DNA of 34,781 nucleotides from Nemertoderma westbladi. Its lineage: Eukaryota > Animalia > Xenacoelomorpha. The stretch lies in the NCBI GenBank assembly GCA_032718475.1, contig JAUCBJ010002851.1:1-34781 (forward strand), given 5' to 3'. Below the pieces are notes generated by a model, which saw only the letters and a program-made list of their open reading frames with translations, had not been told where the DNA came from and did no database searches. Positions 25,124-34,781 of this stretch are shown here, in pieces (within the stretch, counting starts at the first letter, position 1; each line of letters begins with the position of its first letter). The translations under genes and the position numbers were made by a program.

Positions 25124-25484
25124 TAGTTTAGTTCCCCATCTCGGTGGGTGTATGATTAAATTAAATTAAAGCATACTACCTAGTATTAGTTTGATTGAAC
25201 ATGCTTAAATATGAAATGAATTACACCGCGCAATTGTAGGTCATACCTATTTACTGATTTAATGTAAATCTTTTATAAAAAAAAAGTTTTTATAAAACGT
25301 TCCAGATTATAATATGAAACTGTCAATACGGTATTACATTTGTATTATTATATACATTGTCGCTCCATTCATTTAAATTATGTTTATTCCTTTATTATTA
25401 CGTCACGTGAACGTGAAGTAAACAAAATTGCACCCTAACACCACGTATGAGTAATTTCAATGAAATGAAATGTAATATAGGTAG
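25124..25484. repeat. Left arm of a ~360-bp inverted duplication
   Basis: Its reverse complement matches 25782-25916 joined to 29311-29538, with a few small indels. Confidence 0.93.
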
Positions 25485-25527
25485 CATAGTACAGTAGTAA
25501 GCATATGCACACTCAGACACTTTTGAG

Positions 25528-25598
25528 TACTGTATAATGTAATAATACAATCACTAATAATGATTCACAATTAAATGCCAGAATGCCAAAGTGCCTTT
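25528..25598 (+). repeat. ~70-bp direct repeat; second copy at 29568-29644
   Basis: Both copies share TACTGTATAATGTA...ATCACTAATAATGATTYACAATTAAATGCCAGAATGCCAAAGTGCCTTT. Confidence 0.9.
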
Positions 25599-25604
25599 GC
25601 CAAA

Positions 25605-25625
25605 CCCCCCCCCCCCCCCCCCCCC
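25605..25625. repeat. Poly-C tract (C21)
   Basis: Seen directly. Confidence 0.9.
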
Positions 25626-25916
25626 ACCCCTCTGTCTCATTGACTGAGTCTGTGTCTGATTAGTGCCTCCCCCACATCATGAAGAATACGGTGGATAGCA
25701 CTAGCGTCTACCAGCACTGCTAATTAGCTAACCTGCCTTTCCATTTCCCTTCCCTGACAGCCTGATCCTGACTCTCAAAATCTACCTATATTACATTTCA
25801 TTTCATTGAAATTACTCATACGTGGTGTTAGGGTGGAATTCGTTCACGTGACGTAATAATAAAGGAATAAACATAATTTAAATGAATGGAGCGACAATGT
25901 ATATAATAATACAAAT

Positions 25917-28900
25917 GGATAGTGTTATGCAAAAATGTACTAACCAACATTTTGTTGATTTTGAGAAAAATGACTTCAAAGTTTTTGAACGTTTAGAAAA
26001 TCCCTTCAAATGCCACATTAAAGGTTTTGACTCATATGCAAAATATACGTGTTCGTCTACCTTATACTAAATATTTATGCAAAATTGTCGTTTTCTTGCG
26101 AAGTTATAAGCCTTTTTGTTGGTTAGTACATTTCTGCAAATTTGCTGATTTTAGATTCTGCATTTGCAGCAATGTACCAACGATGGACATTGGGTAAAAA
26201 ATATAACATTTGAATGCAAAATTCTTTATTTTAAATGGTTTATCTTTCGGAATCTACTTTCTTTTTTTCAGACATACTGTGCATTGTGTATAATACTACA
26301 ATCTAGGTTCGAATCCACGCAATTGTTAAATTTTTCCTACCAATTTTGCAACTTTCTCCCACATATTACGTCCCTTTTTGAAAATAATTTGTATTCTGAA
26401 ATTGTAGTTATATGATGGGTAAATTAATACTAGCACTTAAAAATGTAATAATTATACTGTATTATTGAAAGATATTGATAAATTTGCAATTATTCACTAA
26501 CTGAACTATATTTAAACCATTATGCATGACAGTTTTATTACAGTCTTGTTTACAACCCTGTATCAGAGACATCATCAGGGACATCATCAATATAATCATT
26601 TGTTTCAACTACAGTAGCGTCTCTAAGCAAGTTAGTATAAAATCTCTTGGCGTCCTTCGGTACTAGGTGCAGCAGCTCTTTAATGTCGTTACGTTTCTTA
26701 CTTGAGATTGCATTTCCATCAGGCCATAAAAATGGTAGTCCTAATTTTCCAAGGTCAGTGAAATAATTCCTACTTGTTTTTTTGCGACCCCTTGTTGCTA
26801 CTGTTCGGGCATGATCGATTTCCACGTCATCCATCTTCACAATAAATGGTTTATCTTTTCGAATAGTTATTTCATGAGTTAGAAGCCAGTTAACTCTTCG
26901 TTCTTCTGGATCCTTCTTTCGATTGACGACATCATTCAAAATTGGACTAACAGAAAGAAAGTCGACTTTGGGATTAACACGGTTAACTACAAACTTTTGC
27001 TTAACTCGTGCATTTCTCATGACATCCATAACATCAGTGTCTGTGTAGAGGCGTTGAACATGCTTCATTGCGCACTCCACGTCACCGAAATCGGAATCAT
27101 TAGGTAAATAACTGTGTCCGGAGGTTGGAAACTGAATTGTGATGGATTGCAAATGACTTGTGGTATGTAGTAGATACATCATTGCGTAGATGAACTTGAC
27201 GCTACGGTTTTGTCCGCCACAAGAATCTGCCCAAATATGTAGATACTTTACATCAGTTGACACATACTTACTCAGGTGCAATGAAACACATGATGCGACA
27301 TCCTGGGTACCTCTGCCGCCTTCCGTTTCTAACCACACATAGAAGTAGCCTCTATTCGTTGTACCAGAGTGAATTCCGAGATTGTACATAGTCAGCTGGC
27401 GTTTATAGTAAACAATGTTTGAAGGAATTCGTGGCAAGCTGTAGTACACCTTTTGCATGTCTATTGTCAGCACCTCAAATTCACAGTCTGTACTAGCTCT
27501 CTGGAAGTCTTGTTTTATTAAACTTTGACGTTTTTCCGCAGTATCTACATGAACATTATGTTCATCCTGCAGTTTTTGCACTTCCTCTCCATTTGCTGAC
27601 TGCATGTTTGCATGAAAAATATCGCATGTTTTACATGTATCTTTCTTGAGTGTCTTAAATCGAAGGTCGAATTCCTTATAAAATATATTTTTATAGGTTG
27701 AATTTGAAACCTTGCTAAACGTCAAATTAGATTCGGTATACAGGCGGTACATTAGAGACAGGGTCATATCTGGACTGAGGAACTTGGAATCAGTGTCAGC
27801 TCGGCAATAGTGGGAGTAGTACTTTGGGAAGCTCGATATATGTTTGCAAACCTCATCATGTGCGTCGCTCGATGTTTTGTTCCAGCCCCCTCGAGAATCT
27901 CCACGGTGGTCACTGAAATCATTGTTTCTATTCTTTTTCAGAGCCACATTTATGCGTTGTGGAGATATTTGCAATGTATCAAGAAAACATTTCTTACATA
28001 GTATCTTATCACCAATGGTGTATTTGCGGGTGAACGAAAGTCTCGAAATACTACCAGTAGTAGTGCGACCTACTGAGGATTGCACTACTCTACTGCATAA
28101 ATAGGCACATCTGGCTTCATATGTGCCTAGTTTCCAAAAGTTGTCAAACTCTTTTTTCCTATCCTCTGGTGATAACTGCATCAACATGCACTTTGAGGGT
28201 CTGTTACACACTAGCTTGTCATCAAACTCCTTGATTGGATTATCTCCAGTGTGGCTTAAGTTTAAATTACGTCTCTTTTTCACCTCAGCTCTACTAAACA
28301 AACCCTTTCTTTTCCTGCCTCTCTTAGGTCGCCCACAATAGCTATGGTCATTTGATGATGGTGCAGCATCACAATTACTGGTGGGGTGTTCTTCCACGTT
28401 ATGATTTTCAATACAATTAGTTCCATCTATACTATCTTCACTGCCCTCAGTAAGGTTAGGAATATAAGTCGGATCATCTATTTCACTGTTCGCAATTGTA
28501 GATTGTTTGTCATATTCTCCCTGTTCGTTCTCTAGGCAAGTGAAGTTCCCATCATCGGCGCCTATAAGGGTACCAGTGATGACAATAACAGGAGGATTGG
28601 TAAAAGCAGGATTTACATCAATAGTTGGATCAGTATTAAACAGATTCTCAGTTGCAACAACATTAGAGTTTGCAATGTCCATGGAATATTGACCTGCATC
28701 ATCATTAGCAGTATCTGTCTCAGTGGTAGTTTCCTCAGTATCAGATATATTTGCTATATCGGCCAGCAATAGCTGTAGTGCTTCTTCAGCTGTGTAGGTA
28801 TTCTTTCGTTTCGACATCACTCTATTGTTCTATTAAGAATCTAGCCTAATATAGTCTTTAGAAAACAGCCAAGTACTAATGTTTACTAACATAACCTACT

Positions 28901-29306
28901 ACCTACATTACTTACAGCCTATTGTATTTCATATTATTTATTGTTTTTCCAGTTTTAACGTACCGGTACCACCTGTAGATCAGTATAAATAGCATTTGTT
29001 TGAAGTAATGACTGCTAAAACATAGTACAATGGCTACAGGACTAAGTTAGTACATTTTTGCAAAATAGATTAACAACCAATAACATTGTACTAACTACTA
29101 GGTTATACATTAGTACATTTCTGCAAAATAGACAATCCTCCAAAAAGTATTTGAAGAAAATATTCCGCTCTTTTATAGCTTCAAGGTATTGCTACGTGAC
29201 AATTTGACATGTTTAAATGAATTTCCAGCATCCCGCGCATCACGTGACGTCGCTAACTCCATTTTGTCAAAAATGTTGGTTAGTACATTTTTGCATAACA
29301 CCGTCC
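25917..29306 (-). mobile_element. Full-length Sola (Sola1-type) DNA transposon, 3390 bp
   Basis: 37-bp TIRs GGA(TA/CG)GTGTTATGCAAAAATGTACTAACCAACATTTT at 25917-25953 and 29270-29306. 4-bp TSD AAAT at 25913-25916 and 29307-29310; AWWT targets are described for Sola1. The empty site is present in the left arm near 25338. Confidence 0.9.
26550..28817 (-). CDS. Sola-type DDD transposase, intact (755 aa from the ATG at 28817)
   Basis: Motifs TIDMQK, YYKRQL, WLETEGGRG, WADSCGGQN, GHSYLPNDSDFG. Cys/His motifs CKKC, HYCR, DTCKTCD. Basic NLS-like RPKRGRKRK. Confidence 0.88.
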   Translation of the reverse strand: MSKRKNTYTAEEALQLLLADIANISDTEETTTETDTANDDAGQYSMDIANSNVVATENLFNTDPTIDVNPAFTNPPVIVITGTLIGADDGNFTCLENEQGEYDKQSTIANSEIDDPTYIPNLTEGSEDSIDGTNCIENHNVEEHPTSNCDAAPSSNDHSYCGRPKRGRKRKGLFSRAEVKKRRNLNLSHTGDNPIKEFDDKLVCNRPSKCMLMQLSPEDRKKEFDNFWKLGTYEARCAYLCSRVVQSSVGRTTTGSISRLSFTRKYTIGDKILCKKCFLDTLQISPQRINVALKKNRNNDFSDHRGDSRGGWNKTSSDAHDEVCKHISSFPKYYSHYCRADTDSKFLSPDMTLSLMYRLYTESNLTFSKVSNSTYKNIFYKEFDLRFKTLKKDTCKTCDIFHANMQSANGEEVQKLQDEHNVHVDTAEKRQSLIKQDFQRASTDCEFEVLTIDMQKVYYSLPRIPSNIVYYKRQLTMYNLGIHSGTTNRGYFYVWLETEGGRGTQDVASCVSLHLSKYVSTDVKYLHIWADSCGGQNRSVKFIYAMMYLLHTTSHLQSITIQFPTSGHSYLPNDSDFGDVECAMKHVQRLYTDTDVMDVMRNARVKQKFVVNRVNPKVDFLSVSPILNDVVNRKKDPEERRVNWLLTHEITIRKDKPFIVKMDDVEIDHARTVATRGRKKTSRNYFTDLGKLGLPFLWPDGNAISSKKRNDIKELLHLVPKDAKRFYTNLLRDATVVETNDYIDDVPDDVSDTGL

Positions 29307-29972
29307 AAATGTAATACCGTATTGACAGTTTCATATTATAATCTGGAACGTTTTATAAAAACTTTTTTTTTATAAAAGATTTACATTAAATCAGTAAATA
29401 GGTATGACCTACAATTGCGCGGTGTAATTCATTTCATATTTAAGCATGTTGCATGATCAATCAAACTAATACTAGGTAGTATGCTAGTTTTTAATTTAAT
29501 TTAATCGTACACCCACCGAGATGGGGGAACTAAAACTATGCTATTATGCTATGCACTATTCATGATATACTGTATAATGTAGGCCTAGTAATATCATCAC
29601 TAATAATGATTTACAATTAAATGCCAGAATGCCAAAGTGCCTTTAGGGAACTCTTTTAAGGATTTATACTACAGTTCCCCAAAAGCGTTGAAAGCGTTCC
29701 CCGGTGAAAAAGCTGTATGACTGCCTGTGGCTGTGACACTGAAATTATCCTGACAAAATAAATTAGGGTTTTGGTAGGTCTTGCTCAATAGATCCTATAT
29801 AAGCCTACCGGGTACAGTTAGTTATAGCATAGCCTATACCTGTATACTGCTGTAAGCATACGGTCTAATACAGTAATACTGTAATACAGTAATACTGTAA
29901 TATCAATACTGCAATAAAAAGATACTGCAATACTGCCTGACTGGTGAGTGCCGGCACCGGTAATAAACAACG

Positions 29973-30524
29973 ATGAACACATTCCTTTCCAGACTGAACA
30001 ATGTGTTCGCATTTACTCTCACTGTACTGGCCGCTCTTTGTGTCGTGTGTTGTCTGTCCACCTTCTACAAAGATTACAGTCGGGCCGTAGGAATACAGGC
30101 GGTCTCCTCGTTGGTCAAAAACGTGCCTGACTTCCAGATAGACCGCCGTGTCAAACACGACCTAGGTGTGGTCTACTTCGACATCGAGGCTAACTTCAGC
30201 GAGATATTCGATTGGAACACTAAACAGTTATTCGTCTACTTAACAGCGGAATACAGTACCAAGCGGTACCCCGTCAACCAAGTCGTGCTGTGGGATAAAA
30301 TCCTGCTCCGAGACGGAACCCCCCACACTATCAGCCATCGCGGACTCAGTCCCAAGTACTACTTCTTCGACGAGGGAAGCGGACTCCGAGCTAACAACCT
30401 CACTCTCACTCTCTCGTGGAACGTGATCCCCAATGCCGGTATCGCACCGCTGGTGGCCTCCCCGACGACGCATCGGATAACGTTGCCGGCGGACTACAAC
30501 GAGGAACTACGGATCCGGGATTGA
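29973..30524 (+). CDS. SPCS3: Signal peptidase complex subunit 3 (SPC22/23), intronless and full length
   Basis: MNTFLSRLN, a TM helix, IFDWNTKQLFVYLTAEY, NQVVLWDKI, KYYFFDEGSGL, LTLSWNVIPNAG. The 183-aa length is typical for the family. Confidence 0.96.
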   Translation: MNTFLSRLNNVFAFTLTVLAALCVVCCLSTFYKDYSRAVGIQAVSSLVKNVPDFQIDRRVKHDLGVVYFDIEANFSEIFDWNTKQLFVYLTAEYSTKRYPVNQVVLWDKILLRDGTPHTISHRGLSPKYYFFDEGSGLRANNLTLTLSWNVIPNAGIAPLVASPTTHRITLPADYNEELRIRD

Positions 30525-30682
30525 TTAACCGATCGCCGCGGGTTGTAGAGTGCAGTTGGAGTGGGGTGGGGTGTACCCGAGTGCGGAGTTCGGTTTCAGT
30601 AAAGCTAAGCCATTGTTCTACCACGAAGATATTACTGTATTATTGCAGTATTCTGGTATTAACGTCTTCATTTCTGAGTGTT

Positions 30683-31423
30683 AGGCCCGTTCACGCGCTG
30701 CTTTCTTTCTTTAGAGCTATTTTTAGTTGAGAAAAATAAAATTTATAGCAATTGCTTCAAGTTGAATCTGAGAATTTTAGAAAGTTAAATCTTAAAATAT
30801 AGAATACAGCCCGGCCCGGTTCACAGATAGGCCTATACACTTCTAAAGCTAAAAAAACGAATAAGAAACTTGAAAAAAGCTCATAAACACGCATTAAAAC
30901 CTGATATATAAGCAGGGTCGATATTTGTAAAAATTTACAGTAATTAATCCTAAAGTTTGAATAATGCGCAAATTTAATTTATAGAACATTAACATCTTAT
31001 TCACATGTCACACCGCCACCAATTTATATGATAATCAAATTAAAAAAATATGATTATACGTATAAAGTTAATTAGTGGCGGCGTGACATGTGAATAAGAT
31101 GCAAATGTTCTATAAATTAAATTTGCGCATAATAATTAAAATTTTGGGATTCATTACAGTAAATAAAAGGAAGTTGACTAGTAAACCATTTTACTTATAA
31201 ACAACAAATAAAATGAGTCAATGCCAAGTATTATATTATACATTTATAGGAAGGGATCTATGGGTCTTAACCTCGAATGATAAGTTTATCACACAGATTG
31301 CCAACACATTATTACTATTAATGCAAAGTATCTAATTCTAGAACATTAATAATAGACTGAATGTTATAAAAGGCAAAAAACACTCATAAATTCGCAAATA
31401 AAAAGCAGCGCGGAAACGGGTCT
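30683..31423. mobile_element. MITE-like element with ~24-bp imperfect TIRs (Harbinger-like ends) and a central palindrome
   Basis: AGGCCCGTTCACGCGCTGCTTTCT (30683-30706) versus the reverse complement of 31400-31423, AGACCCGTTTCCGCGCTGCTTTTT. No clean TSD. Confidence 0.55.
30933..31164. repeat. ~230-bp imperfect palindrome (foldback)
   Basis: ATGCGCAAATTTAATTTATAGAACATT..CATCTTATTCACATGTCACACCGCCAC pairs with GTGGCGGCGTGACATGTGAATAAGATG..AATGTTCTATAAATTAAATTTGCGCAT. Confidence 0.9.
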
Positions 31424-31615
31424 GTTCGTGTTATCATTTAATTCCTATTTCTGGGTTCACTTATTGTTGGTATTGTTGTAACTTTAGCGGAAAAAATAGG
31501 TCGTTTGTTATTTTATTATAATATTTAAACTAGGACTAATACTTTCCTTCCACATTATGTAGAGGGTACAGGGGGGACTGCTGGTCATGCTGGATTGTAT
31601 ATGAGGGGGTAGGGG

Positions 31616-32322
31616 CAAGGGTTGTCAAAAATTAATTGAGCTGCAATTAATTGATCCCAATTAATTGATCCCAATTAATTGATTGCTCGCTTTTTGATAA
31701 TTTAATAATTAATTGGGCGATGTCCAATTAATTGATTTATTAGAGCAATTAGTTGCACTTGAAACTCAATTAATTGCACTTGAAACGTTCTCGATTAAAC
31801 GTTCCCTGTCCTATCTGAATGCCTCTCCGATTATTTAAAATAGTATAGGGTACTCAACTGTGCAGTACAACAGTAGAATAAATACCCGAAACCACTGCTG
31901 AGCTCACCAGTCACCAGACCACCCATAAACAGTCAAAGTACTGGAGTTAGATCTTGGCTGGACGACTATACTGTAAACTAAACTATAGGCCTAAATCACC
32001 AAACTGTAAGTATTGTTAAACTGCCCGCCCCTGCATGGCCTGCAACGCCTATCTACTGTATCATTGCACTTACTTATTGTATACCGGTACTACTGGTACC
32101 GGTACCGTTACCATAACCCATAATGAAATTGATAGTTTTTACTTTCTGTATACAAATGATATGTAGGCAAGGCATACCTACCTATTTCGCTTAAACAGTC
32201 AGGATTTTTTTATTGCAATTAATTGAATAATTGATTTTGAGTACCTCAATTATTCAATTAATTGATTGGCAGCTCAACCAATTGCAATTAATTGATTGGT
32301 GCCATGCAATTAAATTGCAATC
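31616..32322. mobile_element. Putative non-autonomous DNA transposon with subterminal clusters of the palindrome CAATTAATTG
   Basis: At least 8 exact copies in two clusters (~31630-31780 and ~32213-32320). TTGAGCTGC and GCAGCTCAA are in inverted orientation. The right terminus was not found. Confidence 0.55.
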
Positions 32323-33342
32323 GAGGGTAATCGGGGTAGACGACTCGGAAATTTTTTTTCGAGTTTTCGTTGGTTTCATGTGAAAGAGCATGTGAAAAAA
32401 CCCCAGAGAGCAATTAGACTTCAAAAAAATTAATATTGGCCGAGTTATAGCGATTTTAAAACGCAAAATTAGCAACATCGAAAAATCAGGCCGTTTCAGA
32501 AAACTGCACGAGTGACGTCAGCCATAACACAGCAACAGTTGTCAAGTGCAGTTGATTGGCTAATATAAAGTATAATATTACAGTATCTAAAATAAAACAA
32601 ATAATAAATGTAGCTAAGTATTTATTTGGATGTGTATTTATGTTGTGTTAAGAATCGATTATAGGGTAGCGGTATGGAGGCAAATTATTCATATCAAGTT
32701 AATTATTCTAGAATAATATTTATTTCGCCCATACCTGTATCGTAGAGCTGTAGCTAAAAATAAATATAGCTAGCTAAATACTGCCAGACGTTTCATTAAT
32801 CTATTTTTTAATTGTTTTTACAGCGAACAATGCGGGATGGGTAGATTAGCACTAGATGGAAATTATTTAGTTTTTTTTTGTACAGTTCACTGTAAAGTGT
32901 TACTGGTACTAGTGTTGCACGTGTCACCATTATTCTGCCTTTCTTAATAGCTGTTTTTGGTTTGACATCCAAAACTATAAAAATACCAAAACATATTGTT
33001 TTGGGCTATTAATTTGTCATATTTGACATATTTTGGCGAGTTACATGTGAAAAAAAATGTTTTAAAGAAAATAAAAACAAATGTTTGTGGTAGCTATTGT
33101 TTTCAATGGTATGTACTGTTTTAATAATGTAGAGTGTTTTTATAAAATACCACAAAATCTTATTTTTGGATGCCATTTCAGATGCCATTACACCAACGCA
33201 TGTGGTAGAAGTAAAATGTCCAACATCAAAACTAATTAATAACTAATAACTAATTAATATAGGTATAATTAATAAACTATAAACATTGCAGCATTATCTC
33301 AATTTGTACACGAAATTTCCATTGCGAAATGTATTCCTTCAC

Positions 33343-33794
33343 GGGACATTACCTTTACTGCAGCTGGGACAGTACCTTTACTGCAGCTGGGACAGTACCT
33401 TTACTGCAGCTGGGACAGTACCTTTACTGCAGCTGGGACAGTACCTTTACTGCAGCTGGGACATTACCTTTACTGCAGCTGGGACATTACCTTTACTGCA
33501 GTTGGGACAGTACCTTTACTGCAGCTGGGACAGTACCTTTACTGCAGCTGGGACATTACCTTTACTGCAGCTGGGACATTACCTTTACTGCAGTTGGGAC
33601 AGTACCTTTACTGCAGCTGGGACAGTACCTTTACTGCAGCTGGGACATTACCTTTACTGCAGCTGGGACATTACCTTTACTGCAGCTGGGACATTACCAT
33701 TACTGCAGCTGGGATATGACCTTTATTAGCTGGGACATTACCATTACTGCAGCTGGGATATGACCTTTATTAGCTGGGACATTACCATTACTGC
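33343..33794. repeat. 23-bp minisatellite, ~20 copies (CTGGGACA(G/T)TACCTTTACTGCAG)
   Basis: Seen directly. The last copies alternate with a 21-bp variant, CTGGGATATGACCTTTATTAG. Confidence 0.97.
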
Positions 33795-34079
33795 TACATA
33801 TTGAGTTATTCCAATATACATTTTGATTATATACGGCAATTTTTGGTGAAATTCAAAACTGTTTTGAGATTTGGAATCTGCAGACGAAGGCGGCTTAATG
33901 ATATCTAGATCACATTTAAAATGGGAAGAATAAAGCCGGCGTAGGAGGTAAAGTATTGCTCCATAGACATTTTTATCGACTTTGCATTGCAGCTAAATAA
34001 TTTGAAAATAGAAAAATCCGGCCAGGACCATAAATAAAATCGGGTCATAACGCCGAAAACGTGTGAGGAAAAGTGTGTT

Positions 34080-34240
34080 GGGCGAGCCACAAAAATAAGC
34101 GAGCTCAGCATACGGGTACCAGTATCACAATCGGTATGTCTGTCGTTCTGTCGTGTCCAATTTTAAACGTTAATAACTTGGCCAATCCTCGATGAAATCC
34201 AACCAAACTTGGTATCACATGTTATTTGGCAAACCAAGTT
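34080..34240 (+). mobile_element. Possible Helentron-associated (HINE/DINE-1-like) element fragment
   Basis: A degenerate GTCT/GTCG microsatellite (TGTCTGTCGTTCTGTCGTGTCC) followed by AATAACTT...CAACCAAACTTGG resembles remembered HINE cores. Pattern recognition only. Confidence 0.35.
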
Positions 34241-34611
34241 GCATTTGCGTGTTTTCGAGAAGTTAAGATAAATTCAGTTAATTAAGTTGATTGCGGTTAA
34301 AACAGCATTTTTCCGCCTATTCTTTCCACGGAAATTAATTAATTTCTAGTATAAAATTTAAATAATTATACTTAAAAATTATACAGCTGTAATCCCCATA
34401 CCCCATTCCATTATAGTTTTTAATAAGTTCAAGTGATTTGCTTTAAATTAAAAAAATGTGTTTTAATTGATCTAAACGTAATTAATTTATTACAATGCCC
34501 CTTCTCTCCACGCTACTTCCATCTCCCCATAGAATTCTGTAGGGATCATGCCATGGCGTACTTGCTATTGTCTGGCTATGGCTGGTAACCAATCTCAACT
34601 TAAATGTGACT

Positions 34612-34627
34612 GGGGGGGGGGGGGGGG
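34612..34627. repeat. Poly-G tract (G16)
   Basis: Seen directly. Confidence 0.9.
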
Positions 34628-34724
34628 TAATTAAATTTGTATTAGGACAGGCAGTGTAAGGAGCCAGACTAATAAGACAGCTTGCTTATTGTTTATCTCG
34701 CAAAATGATTGGCTGAGTATTTAA

Positions 34725-34762
34725 TGGTGATTCTTTAGAATTACCATTCTAAAGAATCACCA
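34725..34762. repeat. Perfect 17-bp hairpin with a 4-nt loop
   Basis: TGGTGATTCTTTAGAAT-TACC-ATTCTAAAGAATCACCA. Confidence 0.93.
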
Positions 34763-34781
34763 GTCTTCTTAATTACCAATT

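Larger units (their letters stand above)
25782..29538. repeat. Right arm of the inverted duplication, split by the Sola insertion
   Basis: 25782-25916 and 29311-29538 rejoin seamlessly once the element and one AAAT are removed. Confidence 0.92.

Noticed and set aside
33286-33763. 147-aa and 144-aa ORFs
   Set aside because: They are translations of the stop-free 23-bp minisatellite.
18194-34111. Other short ORFs in the track (antisense or overlapping the LINE, ALIX-like, Sola and SPCS3 ORFs; 18194-18433, 23288-23593, 25882-26070, 26164-26415, 32254-32478, 33905-34111)
   Set aside because: No recognisable motifs; they are shadows of real ORFs or chance frames in AT-rich or repeat DNA, several with non-ATG starts.

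Overview
Eukaryotic (animal-like, AT-rich) genomic DNA. Bases 1-17918 are a single array of about 448 copies of a 40-bp tandem repeat. On the minus strand this repeat is the 3' end of a coding exon plus its GTAAGT splice donor. The exon (18063->17886, absent from the ORF track) encodes a peptide clearly similar to VPS52, so the satellite appears to be an amplified exon-intron junction lying in a VPS52 intron. The remaining ~17 kb, probably the upstream intron, contains: a 5'-truncated, frameshifted APE-RT non-LTR retrotransposon; an intact intronless ORF encoding a membrane-anchored ALIX/PDCD6IP V-domain with no Bro1 domain or Pro-rich tail; a Penelope-like GIY-YIG fragment with a minimal hammerhead ribozyme; an intact Sola1-type DNA transposon (37-bp TIRs, AAAT TSD) inside one arm of an inverted duplication; an intronless SPCS3; several MITE-like or palindromic elements; a 23-bp minisatellite; and many TA-flanked motifs resembling transposon excision footprints. 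Protein identifications rest on remembered family sequences, not database searches, and coordinates were counted by hand.
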